From Guillardia theta CCMP2712 (lineage: Eukaryota > Protista > Cryptophyta), in NCBI RefSeq assembly GCF_000315625.1, contig NW_005434508.1:46361-110360 (forward strand): a DNA stretch of 64,000 nucleotides. The letters run 5' to 3'. Both the position numbers and the translations under genes were made by a program. Positions 11,731 through 22,807 of this stretch are shown here, one piece after another (the first letter of the stretch is position 1; each line of letters starts with the position of its first letter). The notes under the pieces were generated by a model that saw nothing but the letters and a program-made list of their open reading frames with translations, had not been told where the DNA came from and searched no databases.

Positions 11731-12650
11731 CATTGTTTGCTTCCAGGCCCCCAGCGTTCCTAACACTCCTCTGCTCTGCTCTGCTCTGCTCTTCTCCTCT
11801 CTTTCTCTCTGCCCATGAGCCCCCACCTCCCCTGAGACAGGCCCATTCTGTTTTACATGCAATTGCTAGTTCTCCGTTTTGATCACCCTTCTCGTCTTGT
11901 CACCTCAGTGCTCAGTCTCCTTCCCTCTTCCTGAGTCTCTCACCCTAACCCCGCTCTCTCTCCTCCTCCTCACTTTCTCCGCAGGCTCTCGTAGGAGCTC
12001 TGCAGCGAGCCCTGCCAAAAGAGTTCTTCGATCCTGATGAGGTCGCATATCCTCCTTCTTCTCCTCCAGCACCTTCTCTAGCTGCTATTCTGCTCAATCG
12101 CCTGCTTCTCTTCCTCGTCCTCCTCATGCTCCCCCTTCTCTTGCTGCTCCACTAGCTCCTCCATCTCCTCCATCTCCACCTGCTCCTCCTTCTCTTGCTG
12201 ACCCTCTTGCTGCTTCCTTGCCTGCCTCCTCCTTCAGTGTGTCTGTCTCGCTTGTTCTTCTCCTGCTCCTCCGCCATCTCCTCGCTTCATCTCTCTGCAG
12301 CAAGTGTGCTCCTGCTGATCCCGTGTAGGCGCTCATGGACACGACCTACCTGGACCCGCAGGTGAGGAAGGAGAAGAGAATCGAAGAGAGCAGGAGGAAG
12401 AGACTGCAGCGGGGCCGTTGATACCAACGATACGGCTGGATGAGTCGAGATCGCTGAGTAGACAGAGGAGGAGGATGGAGAAGGCAGAGGAGGAGGAGAA
12501 GCGGGAGGAGGAGGATCGAATCAGAGTTGACAGTCGATGTAACAGGTGCGGCTTGTCTGCTACCTTGGGAAGAGATTTGCTGGCGTTCGTCATGTGTATT
12601 GTCGGCCAGAGCCAGAGAAAGAGGTTGAGCGCTGGTCAACGTCAGAATGA
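11731..12650 (+). pseudogene. 5'-truncated duplicate of the fibrillin gene (3' exons only)
   Basis: Reverse-complement match to ~3403-4405. It starts at cattgtttgcttccaggcccccagcgttcc, the APSVP exon is broken, and exons 1-3 are absent. Confidence 0.75.
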
Positions 12651-12746
12651 CATGATGAGAGGAGGAGAGAGAAAACAAGCAAGAGACTGGAAGCATCATG
12701 AAATGATTTACAAGAAAACAAACTTAGCATGTCAACATCTACGTCT

Positions 12747-15700
12747 TCAAACGTGTCCTGACAGCAGCTCACTGGCTTTCTTCGCGACCTCTCCAAACAC
12801 ATCTATCAAGGTCGTCGTGACATCCGACCAGGCTGACTCCCCGCGTCTCTCGCTCGCGGCATCGCTGACTGTCTGCCTGTCGATGGCTGTGGAGGACAAG
12901 GTTGGCCGTTTCAGCCCTCTCCTCCCGCTGCTGCACTCCTCGATCGCCAGCGTATCCCAGCCGGCCTCCACGTCAAACTGATGGAAGACGAAGGAGACGG
13001 AGGAGGTGCCCGCTGGAGCGATGCTCCAAGAGAACGTCGTGGACGTCTGGTAGTTCCCTGGCCCATCCGTCACCATCCCCTGCAGGCTGTCGATCGCCCC
13101 TGTCCCTCCCCAGCTGCAGTCGTACACCCGCGTCGACCCCGCATAGATGGCCTTGAAGCCCTCTCGCCTCACCGAGTAGTCCGTCGACATCCTCACTCGC
13201 ATGTACCCCGTCGAGCTCACAAGCGGCCCCGGCATCGTCGACCCCGTCAGGCTCGCAAGCTGCGTGGAGGAGGAGCAGGAGGCGTCGCTGCACTCGTCGA
13301 CGTACACGTAGTCGTAGCCGTACTCCATGTCCAGCTGGGTGAAGACGAGGGTGACGCTCGAGGCGCCGGCGGGAGCCAAGATCCAGCTGCAGGAGGCGCT
13401 GTTGCTGTAGAGCCCGACCCCGTCGGAGAGACCGCCGTAGTCGGCTTGGAGGGCGACGGCGGCGGGGGAGGCGCAGGCGTCAGCGTTGTAGGAGGGCTCA
13501 GGGCCCCAGCGAGCAAGGAAGCTTGCTTGAGCATCGGAGGTGAGGGAGACCTTGAGGATGCTGGTAGAGGAAGTGATGAGCGGTATCGTCGACGTGCTTG
13601 AGTAGGGGCTGCCGCTTATGATCGAGCAAGTCATGCCCGAGCTCGGGGGCGTCGTAGGCGCTGGGCTCGTAGTAGGAGCTGGGCTGGTAGTAGGAGCTTG
13701 GCTTGTGGTGGCAGCACGGCTGGTAGTAGGAGCTGGGCTGGTGGTGGGAGCACGGCTGGTAGTAGGCGCTGGGCTTGTGGTGGGAGCACGGCTGGTAGTA
13801 GGCGCTGGGCTTGTAGTGGGAGCTGGGCTGGTGGTAGGAGCTGGGCTGGTGGTAGGAGCTGGGCTGGTAGTAGGCACTGGGCTTGTGGTGGGAGCACGGC
13901 TGGTAGTAGGCGCTGGGCTTGTGGTGGGAGCACGGCTGGTAGTAGGCGCTGGGCTTGTGGTGGGAGCACGGCTGGTAGTAGGAGCTGGGCTGGTAGACGA
14001 GGTTGTTGGAGCTGGGCTTGTGGTGGGAGCACGGCTGGTGGACGAGGGGGGGATACACTGTCCGAGGTACAAGCGATCGAAGTTCTGCTCGATGTTCATC
14101 TCGAGGAAAGTGAGGCGGAGGCTGGAGGAGGAGGGAGGCTGAACCACAAACGAGCAGCGCAGGTTGTTGCCGTAGGCGCCGATCCCGTCGGAGAGGAGGC
14201 CGAAGCTCTCCTGCACCAGCCCACTGCTGGAGCAGTCGTGGAGGCGAGTGAGGAAGACAGCTCTGAAGCCCGGCGCTGTGACTGAGCCGTCGGAAGTGAA
14301 GACAACCTTCATGATGCCCGTGGAGGAGACGAGGAGGTCGGGGACGGCAGCCCCTGTGAACGGGCTTCCCTGCACCTGCACCGGAGAGGAGCAGGCGGCG
14401 GTAGAGCACTCGTAGACGTACACGAAGTCCCATCCGTTCTCCACGTTGAAGTCGAGGAACTTGAGGTAGACCTGCTGGGCAAGAGGAGGGGCGAGGATCC
14501 AAGTCTTGACCCAGTTGTTGTCGTAGTTCCCGTCCCCATCGGTCACGATCCCCTCAGATGCTGACAGCGTCACCACCTGGTTGCTCGTCCCGTTGCTGGA
14601 CGGCAGCGACGAGGAGTCGCCGAACATGGCCAAGAAGCCCTTGCCCCCGATGCTTCCGTCCGAGACGAACTCGACCACGACGGGAGTCGGTCGAAGAGCA
14701 GCAGCTGGAGGCGTCGTGCCGGAGTAGGGGCTGCCAGAGTCGTAGGTGACTTGCTGGCAGACGGACGGGCTGATGAGGGGAGGAGCTGGGACACTGCAGT
14801 CCTGTCCTTGGAAGCCGATGTCGCAGGAGCAGGTGCCGAGCTTGCAGGTTCCATGTGACGAGCAGCCGTTGGGGCAAGTGAGGGCTGGGCAAGTCACCTC
14901 CTCCACGTCCCCCGTGACCACCAGCGAGAACTTCTGCGAGCTCCCTTGGATGTCGAGCCCTTCCACCATCACTCGGTACATGCCGCCCGTAGCGTTGGAG
15001 ATGGTGACCTGCTCGCAGTTGTTGGCGTCGTCCTTGACCGGGTTGCCGCTGCTCGTGAGGTTGTTGCCGAACAAGAGCCTCCTGCTCGGGTCCTGCACCA
15101 AGAGGTTCAGGTCATGCATCAGCGTCCGCTGGCTCCCGACAGGAGCAGGAGGATCCGTCCAGACGAGAGATGCGCGGAAGACAAGGGAGGACGGGCGGCT
15201 GGGGGCGAGGAAGCAGAAGTGTCTGGTCTGCTGGTCCTCGACGACCTCCCGGTCATGCACCTTGAGCTTGAAGGGAGTGGAAGGGCCAAAGTAGAGGACG
15301 GACTCGAGGTCGACCCGTCCGAACCCTTGCGACACGTGAGGGAGCGAGGGAGGAAGCCTCCACGTCGACGACTCCGTGTACCACATGGGCTGACCCGCAT
15401 GGATCATGATGGCCTTGACCAGCGACGCCGACGGCGCCATGGCGGCGGAAGCGTTGCGGGCCCCGGAGGAGAGGAAGCCTTCGCGGAAGTACTGACGCAC
15501 TAGCGCTGACGCGCCTGCGCATGTCGGGGTGGCCATGGAGGTGCCGCTCATCTCGGCGATGGAGCACTGGAAGGAGGTCAGGGTCCCGTCCGAGTAGGCC
15601 GACCGGATGCTCTCTCCCGGGCACACGATGTCCGGCTTGAACCGTCCGTCCGGGGTTGGCCCGCGGGAGGAGAAGTCGACGAGGCCAGTCCTCTGCTTGT

Positions 15701-17128
15701 CATGCGCCGTCCCCGTGTATCCGTCGTAGTCTTGGTAGGCAGCGAGCGTGTTGGCTCCTGCTCCCACTGCCAGGATGTTCTTGGCCGTGGCGGGGGAGCC
15801 GATGGTTCCTGCTCCTGGCCCAGAGTTACCGGCAGCCACGAGGATGAGGAAGTCGTCGTGGTCGAAGATGAACTGATCCATCTCCTGCGCCGTGCTGGTG
15901 TAGGCCGAGGTCGACGACCCCCACGAGTTGGAGTGCAGGTTGGCCCCGACGGCGAAGGCATGAGGGAACAAGTCCGTGTTGAGGTCGTCGGGGAGCCACA
16001 GGCTGCTGCCGTCAGAGGAGATGTCGTCGAATGAGAGCTTTGCTTCCGGCGCTCCTCCGTTGTAGGAGACGGTGTAGTCGCTGGACAGAGAGTTGCCCAG
16101 GATCGAGCCGACGACATGTGTTCCATGGCCGTAGGAGGTGTCGCCCACGTTGGTGGAGGCGAAGTAGCGGTAGGAGACGATCTTCCTATGGTTCATGTTG
16201 ACGCAGTTTGCGGGGGCTCCCAGGCCCTGACACGTCTTCACCTGCTGGTTGGGGTCCTGGAAGAAACAGCTGTCGTAGTCCACCCCAGTGTCCGCACACC
16301 CGACGATCTCGCCGGAGCCCAGCAGGCCCTGGCTCCAGAGCTTGTTTTGCGTTCCATCATTGGACTGCACGGCCATGGACTAGGTGGGCAAGTCAGGAGC
16401 AGGAGGGAGGAAGCAGCTGCACTCACCGCATACTTGTTGTTGATGATGAAAGTCGGCCGCTCCTCGATACAGACCACCAGCGGCTGCTCTGCCAGCCAGG
16501 CCCACACAGCGTCTTCCTGTGCGACGTCCACAACCACCACCACCTTGCTCGTGCTGGCCCATCGCATGGTGAAGGAGGAAGGAGGTACAACCTTGCGGAG
16601 GTCTCGCTGCCATGACATCAGCGTGCTCGCAAACGTTCCTCGCGTCTCGTTCGTCACTGCCACTTGCACGTCCAACGTGGCCGTGGCCCCTGCCGCCGCT
16701 CTGACCTGAGCAGCACGAGACGCTGTCTTGGCCTCCGCCGGCATGGCAAACACGCCCTCGACCCCCCGGAGGGAATGGACGGCCTCTGCGTGCGCGGCAT
16801 CGAGCGCCATGAGGTAGGTGTCGTGAGGATAGTACTGCATGTACTTGCCCGCCGCGATCGACCTCAAGCTGGCGACCACTGCTCTGGGGTCGGACACCCG
16901 AACAACGTAGAGGCTCAAGCTAGAGGACATGGAGCGAGTAGAGCTTTTGGACTTGTCATCGAAGACAAGCTTCCTCAAAGGAACGTCCTTCATGTTTAGA
17001 ACGTGCCATGGGCGGCCAGTAAGCCTCTTGACACTGAGATCATCATCCCGGTTGCTTGCTTTCCCCCAGCACGAGGAGAGCAGAAATGACACGAGAAAGA
17101 TCAGACACTTCGTCTCAGACGGCGGCAT
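12747..17128 (-). CDS. Secreted S8 subtilisin-like protease (KP-43/TagC-like) with EGF-like, CUB and mucin-like PTTS regions
   Basis: Signal peptide MPPSETKCLIFLVSFLLSSCWG; 47-nt intron 16426-16380; catalytic motifs ADTGVD, GHGTHVVG, AAGN, SGTSMATP; EGF CPNGCSSHGTC...CSCDIGFQGQDCS; CUB repeats. Confidence 0.92.
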
Positions 17129-17790
17129 GGAGTCTCAAAGGAGGACACGCTCGTCGTATCAGGTAGAAGTTCCAGAACCGCTTGGGATAGACGCGACCGA
17201 GAGGAATGCGACGACCTAGACAGCAGCGATGCAAGCAGATGGGAACAGGAAGAAAGACAAAAGAGGGGAGGAAGGGGAGGGAGACGGGAGGGTGGCAGGG
17301 AGAGGGGGTGCGAGAGTGCGAGGGGAGAGTTCGAGGATAGATTGTTATGAGGAGCTTGATCTATCGGGGAACATTGACGAGATCACGGTGCTTGCTGTTG
17401 GCTTTACTGCTATTTTACTACACCCGATCCTTATCCTAACCGACAAAATGACCATTCGGTCTTCCATGTAGCAAATGCGGTAACTTCTCAGGCTACCCCC
17501 ACCCCACTAAACCCTATCAACGGGACCCCTACCCCACCACTTCTTTGTTCCGAACAGCCTAATCCCTACAGCAACTTAGCAACTGAAACATAAAACCGTG
17601 AAACTGAGGCTTCACCGCCTCCTCACTTCACTCTTGAGCCGCCGCGGCGCGGCGATCCGGATGAGCCTCGGCGAGTCGGAGGGCCCATAGCCCGGCCCGG
17701 CCAGTAAGCGGCCCGGCGACTCAGATGCATCTGACTCTGTCCGACGGTCATGACTTACTCACTGAAGCCAAGTTAAGTTAAAAACTCTTC

Positions 17791-17874
17791 ACTCAAAGTA
17801 AAGTTAAAAATCTGATCATCGCCGGATGATCAGTACGAGAGAAATCAGGCCCTGAGAGTCGAGGAGGCTTGACC
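17791..17874. repeat. Conserved ~60-bp dispersed element, copy B, with two small palindromic insertions
   Basis: Same consensus as copies A and C plus inserted TGATCATCGCCGGATGATC and CCCTG-type extra bases. Confidence 0.8.
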
Positions 17875-18603
17875 TTGAGACGGAATACAAGTTTGTTATA
17901 CTTGTACTAGTCCAAAGTCACGCAGATATCACATCGACCTTAGTTGTAACAAGACAGTTTTTGCTCAAGACCGAGTTTAATGCACACGAAACCAGAATTG
18001 AGGAGCACATGAGAGATAGACTGTATGCTAGGATGTGAAACCCAAGCATCCAGACATGAGGGGACCTTAGCAAGACGGCTAGGAAGGCCTCCTCTTCGTC
18101 ACACGTACTACATTGCCGCCTGCCACGTAAGTCGTTTTGGTTTACAGGAGAGTTTTTGTTAACTCGGCGCTATCTGACTGGCACGGCTGGCATACGCTCC
18201 ATCCTCCCCCCGAGTTTCTGAAATAGTACGTTACATCGGACGTCAGAAAGTCACTCAAACAAGAGAATGTCAGCAGATCCAAGTCAAGATACGATGATAC
18301 AACGTCAAGTTCACAGTCATGCTGAGTGGGCAATAACCATTCAAAGATTGTCCATTCTGAAGAAGATTTTCATGCAGGGCTATTAGATGTGCAGTGCAGA
18401 GATAAGGGGAGATGCCTGGCGAGCTGATGCAATGACGAGAGAAGGAGGATAAGATAAGAGAGTCTGAGGAGAGAATAACAGAGAGAGATAGAGAGAGAGA
18501 GAGAGAGAGCGTGCCCGCCGGCATTTGAAGACCAAAAGATAAATTTTTGAACCGTAAAGAACTTGTGACCAGAGATTGCTGCCGCGAGATTGGAACATCC
18601 GTT

Positions 18604-21384
18604 TCAAGGCACAATCCCATGCGCATTCAAAGTATATCCGAGAAAACTGATCTGCGTCTGAAGAAACACACACTTGCTCCGTTTAACGAAGACCTGGTGG
18701 TGGCGGAGGCGCTCCAGTAGGAGACGCACCTGCTGTAGGTGTGAACGAGGATTACCCATGGAAAAGATTAAGAGATCATCGACGTAGACTAAGACGTTGT
18801 TCATACCTGCGAGGATGCCCTGTGAGAACTTCTGGAAGGCAGCTGTGGCCGTTTTCAGACCAAAGGGCAGAGCGCGGAATTGGTAGGATCCTTGTTCAGT
18901 AACAAACCCAGTATATTGAGAGCTGTCAGGAGTGAGAGCTAGCTGCCAGAATCCTGAGGCCATATCCAGCTTGCTGAAGTAGAGGGTATCCGTACTGGAC
19001 ACAGTACGCTGCGAGAGCACGCGCCCGATACGTTCCATGAGCTCGGTAGGGACGGGAGGCGGAAAACTGTCGTCGAGGAGGTGATTGTTGACTCCTCGAT
19101 AATCAATACAAAAACGAAATTGAGGGACTCCTTCAGAGGAAAGACCTTTGCGAACAAAGATGACGGGACTCTGCCACATGACATCATTGTTCCGCTCGAT
19201 GATGCCGCGTGCCAACAAGAAGTCGATCGTTTTAGCGAGCTCCTCCTGGAGCGTCGCCGGAAGGCGGTAGGGACGACGACGAATTGGACGAACGTCATCA
19301 GGAACCCGAAGGACAACGTCATACTGCCCCCGCGAGACAGGTGGCTGGATTGGTAGTTCGTCCACCAGAACATCGGAAAAATCCTCGAGTAGCTCCTGCA
19401 AGGCCGGAGCTGCGAGCGGCGAGGCCGACGAGGCGACCTGAGAGACCAATGAACTGGTAGAAACAGGCGAGGACACGGTCGCCATGACCCAGGGCATCAT
19501 ATCCTCAGGTGGAGGAGGCTGAAGCGTGTTCCAGTCCGCATGCCAGGGAAAAATCAAACACTGGGCTTGCCGCATAGCCGCGGAGCCAGGACCAGGGATG
19601 TGAAATGCGAGCGGAAGGCGTTGACGCCCCGCAGTACCATCCTGCGCTGGAATAGTAACGAGCTTGGAATGAAAGTCGATATTCATTTTCATCTTGGCAA
19701 TGAACGGTTGGGACAAAATCGCCGGCAGTGACGCTGGAGAGTCCAAAATGAAGAACGTTTCTTGCGTTTCAACATTGGTGCCTGCAATGCGAAACGGCAG
19801 GAGGCAGGTTTCACGAAGCACGACCTGGGCGTCGCCATGAGCGAACTGAGCGGTAAGCGTGGCGGGAATTCGCTGTGTGGTCAATTGGAGCTGTCGCGCA
19901 ACCTGACGCGAGATCACACTGATCTCAGCACCCGAGTCAAGCAAAGCCAGGATCTCGGAAGTAGCAGCTGGCACCGGAGAGGTGAGTGGTACAATGGGCA
20001 GATAGAGAAGCGATCCTGAAGACGCCCCGTGCTCCTGAGAGCCAAGGGAGTGGAGTGCAATCGGATGCAAGTGTACCTCGAGAGCGTCACCGTCCAGAGG
20101 CACTTCATCTTCCAGTTCTTCAGCAAAATGCACCTGAGGACGGCGCTTAGGCGTCTTCGAGCGAGCAGCAATCTTGTTAGCTGCAACGGACGGAGCAGCC
20201 TTGCGGTCGTCGGAAGTCTGAACAGCGCCAAGCAGAGGCGGAGAGGAGGAGTCGGACGACTGCTCACGTTCAGGACTCTGACTGCGGCGGGTACGACGAC
20301 ACTCGGAAGATCGATGTCCGAGTTTGCCACAGTTGTAACAACGGATGGCATTGGTCGATGTGTTTGGGGACGAGGAGTCTCCCGCACTCCTGGCGTCCGG
20401 CCGAGCAGCACGGCGCTCTTTGAAGGCCGAAGCCTTGCCAGAAGGACGACTCTTGCGATCATTAGAATTAGAGGAGCGATTGCCCACCTGCACGGAGTAG
20501 AGCTGCCGGTGGGGATCTGCTCCCGTCGAATGGTCTTTGGTTCTGGTCTGATTGTCGATCTTGAGCGCGTACTCCCTGAGCTGACGGAAGTCAACATCAT
20601 CCGAACGCTGTAGAGTCACCCACTGATTCAAGAGTAGAGCAGTCATATGCGATCGGACACCATTAATGAACCGTTTGCAGACCAGTGAGGACGTCGCAAA
20701 TAATTTACCATCCGGAAGGAGCTGAAGTTGCTCGATTAAGGTCAGGGTTCGGGCAGCATACGAAGCAAGAGATTCCTGACGGTCTTGATTCAAATTGTCG
20801 AGTTGGTGAATGAGATTCGACAGCAGGTGAGGAGGCAGGAATTTTTCACGAATTTCCTCTGAAAATGTATCCCACTCCATGCGGCGAAAGGTCTCTGGCG
20901 GGTACTTGGCCACGAAGTGTTGGCGCACTGGAGCATCCAGTAAATCGAGGGTATGGACAACCCAGTTGGCTCGGGGGATACCATACACAGCAAAGGAGTA
21001 CTGAATGGTTTGAACCCATGTCAAGACATTGTTGGCGCTAGTTTGGCGGGCAGTATCCAACTTGGGGAGATTGCGCAACTTAGCAAGCAATTGCTGATCA
21101 GCCAGAGAGACCAGCTGAGGACCGTCACGCGAGGAGATGGGGGACGGTCCAGGCTTGAGAGCGGCGGGCGGGACCGCCTCAGAAGAAGCAGGAGCTTCGA
21201 GAGCGTTCAACCGCTGCTGAACCTCCAGCAGCGCGGCAGACATGTTTTGGAGCGACCGATCCTCGGTCGATTCGGGACGAAGATCGTCGTCAATGCCGGC
21301 AGCAGATTGCCAGTCATGTTCCAAAGTATCCGTAGCATTCTCGTCCAGCATGCGAGCTGCGAGTCGAGTATTGTATCCGGACAT
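18604..21384 (-). CDS. Gag-Pol polyprotein (single frame, truncated after RT)
   Basis: 926-aa uninterrupted ORF with gag, protease and RT in gypsy order. Confidence 0.9.
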   Translation of the reverse strand: MSGYNTRLAARMLDENATDTLEHDWQSAAGIDDDLRPESTEDRSLQNMSAALLEVQQRLNALEAPASSEAVPPAALKPGPSPISSRDGPQLVSLADQQLLAKLRNLPKLDTARQTSANNVLTWVQTIQYSFAVYGIPRANWVVHTLDLLDAPVRQHFVAKYPPETFRRMEWDTFSEEIREKFLPPHLLSNLIHQLDNLNQDRQESLASYAARTLTLIEQLQLLPDGKLFATSSLVCKRFINGVRSHMTALLLNQWVTLQRSDDVDFRQLREYALKIDNQTRTKDHSTGADPHRQLYSVQVGNRSSNSNDRKSRPSGKASAFKERRAARPDARSAGDSSSPNTSTNAIRCYNCGKLGHRSSECRRTRRSQSPEREQSSDSSSPPLLGAVQTSDDRKAAPSVAANKIAARSKTPKRRPQVHFAEELEDEVPLDGDALEVHLHPIALHSLGSQEHGASSGSLLYLPIVPLTSPVPAATSEILALLDSGAEISVISRQVARQLQLTTQRIPATLTAQFAHGDAQVVLRETCLLPFRIAGTNVETQETFFILDSPASLPAILSQPFIAKMKMNIDFHSKLVTIPAQDGTAGRQRLPLAFHIPGPGSAAMRQAQCLIFPWHADWNTLQPPPPEDMMPWVMATVSSPVSTSSLVSQVASSASPLAAPALQELLEDFSDVLVDELPIQPPVSRGQYDVVLRVPDDVRPIRRRPYRLPATLQEELAKTIDFLLARGIIERNNDVMWQSPVIFVRKGLSSEGVPQFRFCIDYRGVNNHLLDDSFPPPVPTELMERIGRVLSQRTVSSTDTLYFSKLDMASGFWQLALTPDSSQYTGFVTEQGSYQFRALPFGLKTATAAFQKFSQGILAGMNNVLVYVDDLLIFSMGNPRSHLQQVRLLLERLRHHQVFVKRSKCVFLQTQISFLGYTLNAHGIVP

Positions 21385-21471
21385 CTACGCGACGTAAGCG
21401 TAGGAAGAAGCAGAAGAACAGTGGAGAAAGGGAGGGGAAGAGAGAAGACTCGATCTCTGTCACCGATCACA

Positions 21472-21483
21472 ACCTTGCTACCA
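21472..21483 (-). promoter_or_regulatory. Primer-binding site, probably initiator tRNA-Met
   Basis: TGGTAGCAAGG lies 6 nt after the LTR end, complementary to a ...GCUACCA tRNA 3' end. Confidence 0.65.
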
Positions 21484-21489
21484 ATTTTA

Positions 21490-22124
21490 TGTCACACCTC
21501 GAAGATTCTCGAGTGGACCTTCAAGCGCAGTTCAATAAGAACTCACGTTGGATTTCTCTACTAAGAGGGAAAGCGGTGAAACAGAAGGAGATCTAACTCT
21601 CTTTTATTTCTTTCACACACACACACAAAACAAGACAAGACGATACACACAAAGACGTCTCAACAATCGTGGCACACACACGAAAGGGGAAGAGGACCAC
21701 CTAGCTCTGACGAGTTTCATCCTTTTATAGCTTCGAGGAATGAGCCAGGGGTGCCGTCTCTTGGCTACAGAAAGGAGGGGTATCCTGTTCTTGGAAGTTG
21801 ACAAGCATCCCTTCTGACCTTCGAGAGGATACCATGCTCTCTCGCAGGGAAGAGAACCCCGTCCTTGCATGGCAGCAAGCTGCTTCCAACGGGTCGTACT
21901 GCACAAGACGCACCCCTTCTGTTTACCTTGTAAGTCCCCCACGGGTACACGGTTGCTGCAACAAAGGCCTCCACAGGGGTCCTTTCAGCAGCTTCACACT
22001 GGAGTAGAGTATCCTGGGTCATCCAGGAGAAGTCAGCTTCGAACACGAGTACGAGACAGCCAACTGTCCTTTCATCCTGATAGGCCTTTGTCTGACTCGG
22101 GCTCGGTTCCTATGAGCTCTGACA
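21490..22124 (-). repeat. Putative 5' LTR (~635 bp)
   Basis: On the minus strand it begins TGTCA (22124) and ends TGACA (21490), with TATAAAA at ~21723-21729 and AATAAA at ~21603-21608. The 5' boundary is inferred because no second LTR is available. Confidence 0.65.
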
Positions 22125-22549
22125 CATTTGATCCTACTCAAAGATCAAGAAGATTAAAATAAGAATCGAATCAGCTTCAAGTGCGTTTCCACACGGTTAA
22201 GCAGATATTCGACTCGGACCGACCAATCTGGCTGGCCCAGTGGGGAAAGGCTTGTTTTTCCTATTCGAAGATCAATCAAACAAATTGAGGCTGAGATGAG
22301 AGGCCTAAACAACTTGCGGCTAGAGAGAGAGCCTGATTGAAGAGAGGAGTCATCCGAATGTGTAAGGCTTGATAGAATTGCATGAATTTTCAACAGCAAC
22401 GGAAACGTACGAGGAGGGGAGAGGAGGGAGGAGGGGTGGTCCAAAAAAGNNNNNNNNNNNNNNNNNNNNNNNNNNNNNNNNNNNNNNNNNNNNNNNNNNN
22501 NNNNNNNNNNNNNNNNNNNNNNNNNNNNNNNNNNNNNNNNNNNNNNNNN

Positions 22550-22735
22550 GGGATGGGATGGGATGGGATGGGATGGGATGGGATGGGATGGGATGGGATG
22601 GGATGGGATGGGATGGGATGGATGGGATGGGATGGGATGGGATGGGATGGGATGGGATGGGATGGGATGGGATGGGATGGGATGGGATGGGATGGGATGG
22701 GATGGGATGGGATGGGATGGGATGGGATGGGATGG
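22550..22735. repeat. (GGGAT)n microsatellite next to an assembly gap
   Basis: Direct reading of the sequence. Confidence 0.97.
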
Positions 22736-22807
22736 TAGTGGAGACGTAAATTGAGAGGTTTTTGTAGCGAGAGCGAGGCAGACTTGTAGAGAGGGCGGAG
22801 GGAGAAG

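Larger units (their letters stand above)
18604..22124 (-). mobile_element. Ty3/gypsy LTR retrotransposon, 3'-truncated (5' LTR, PBS, gag, protease, RT; no RNase H, integrase or 3' LTR)
   Basis: Zinc knuckle CYNCGKLGHRSSEC, protease LLDSGA, RT motifs FCIDYR, KLDMASGFWQ, LPFGL, YVDD; stops at GIVP. Confidence 0.92.

Noticed and set aside
17880-18600. Candidate 3' LTR or integrase remnant downstream of pol
   Set aside because: No visible similarity to 21490-22124 and no RNase H or integrase motifs in the listed frames.
22550-22735. (GGGAT)n as telomere, or as ORFs of PSHPI/MGWDG repeats
   Set aside because: Internal simple repeat beside a gap; the ORFs are repeat read-through.
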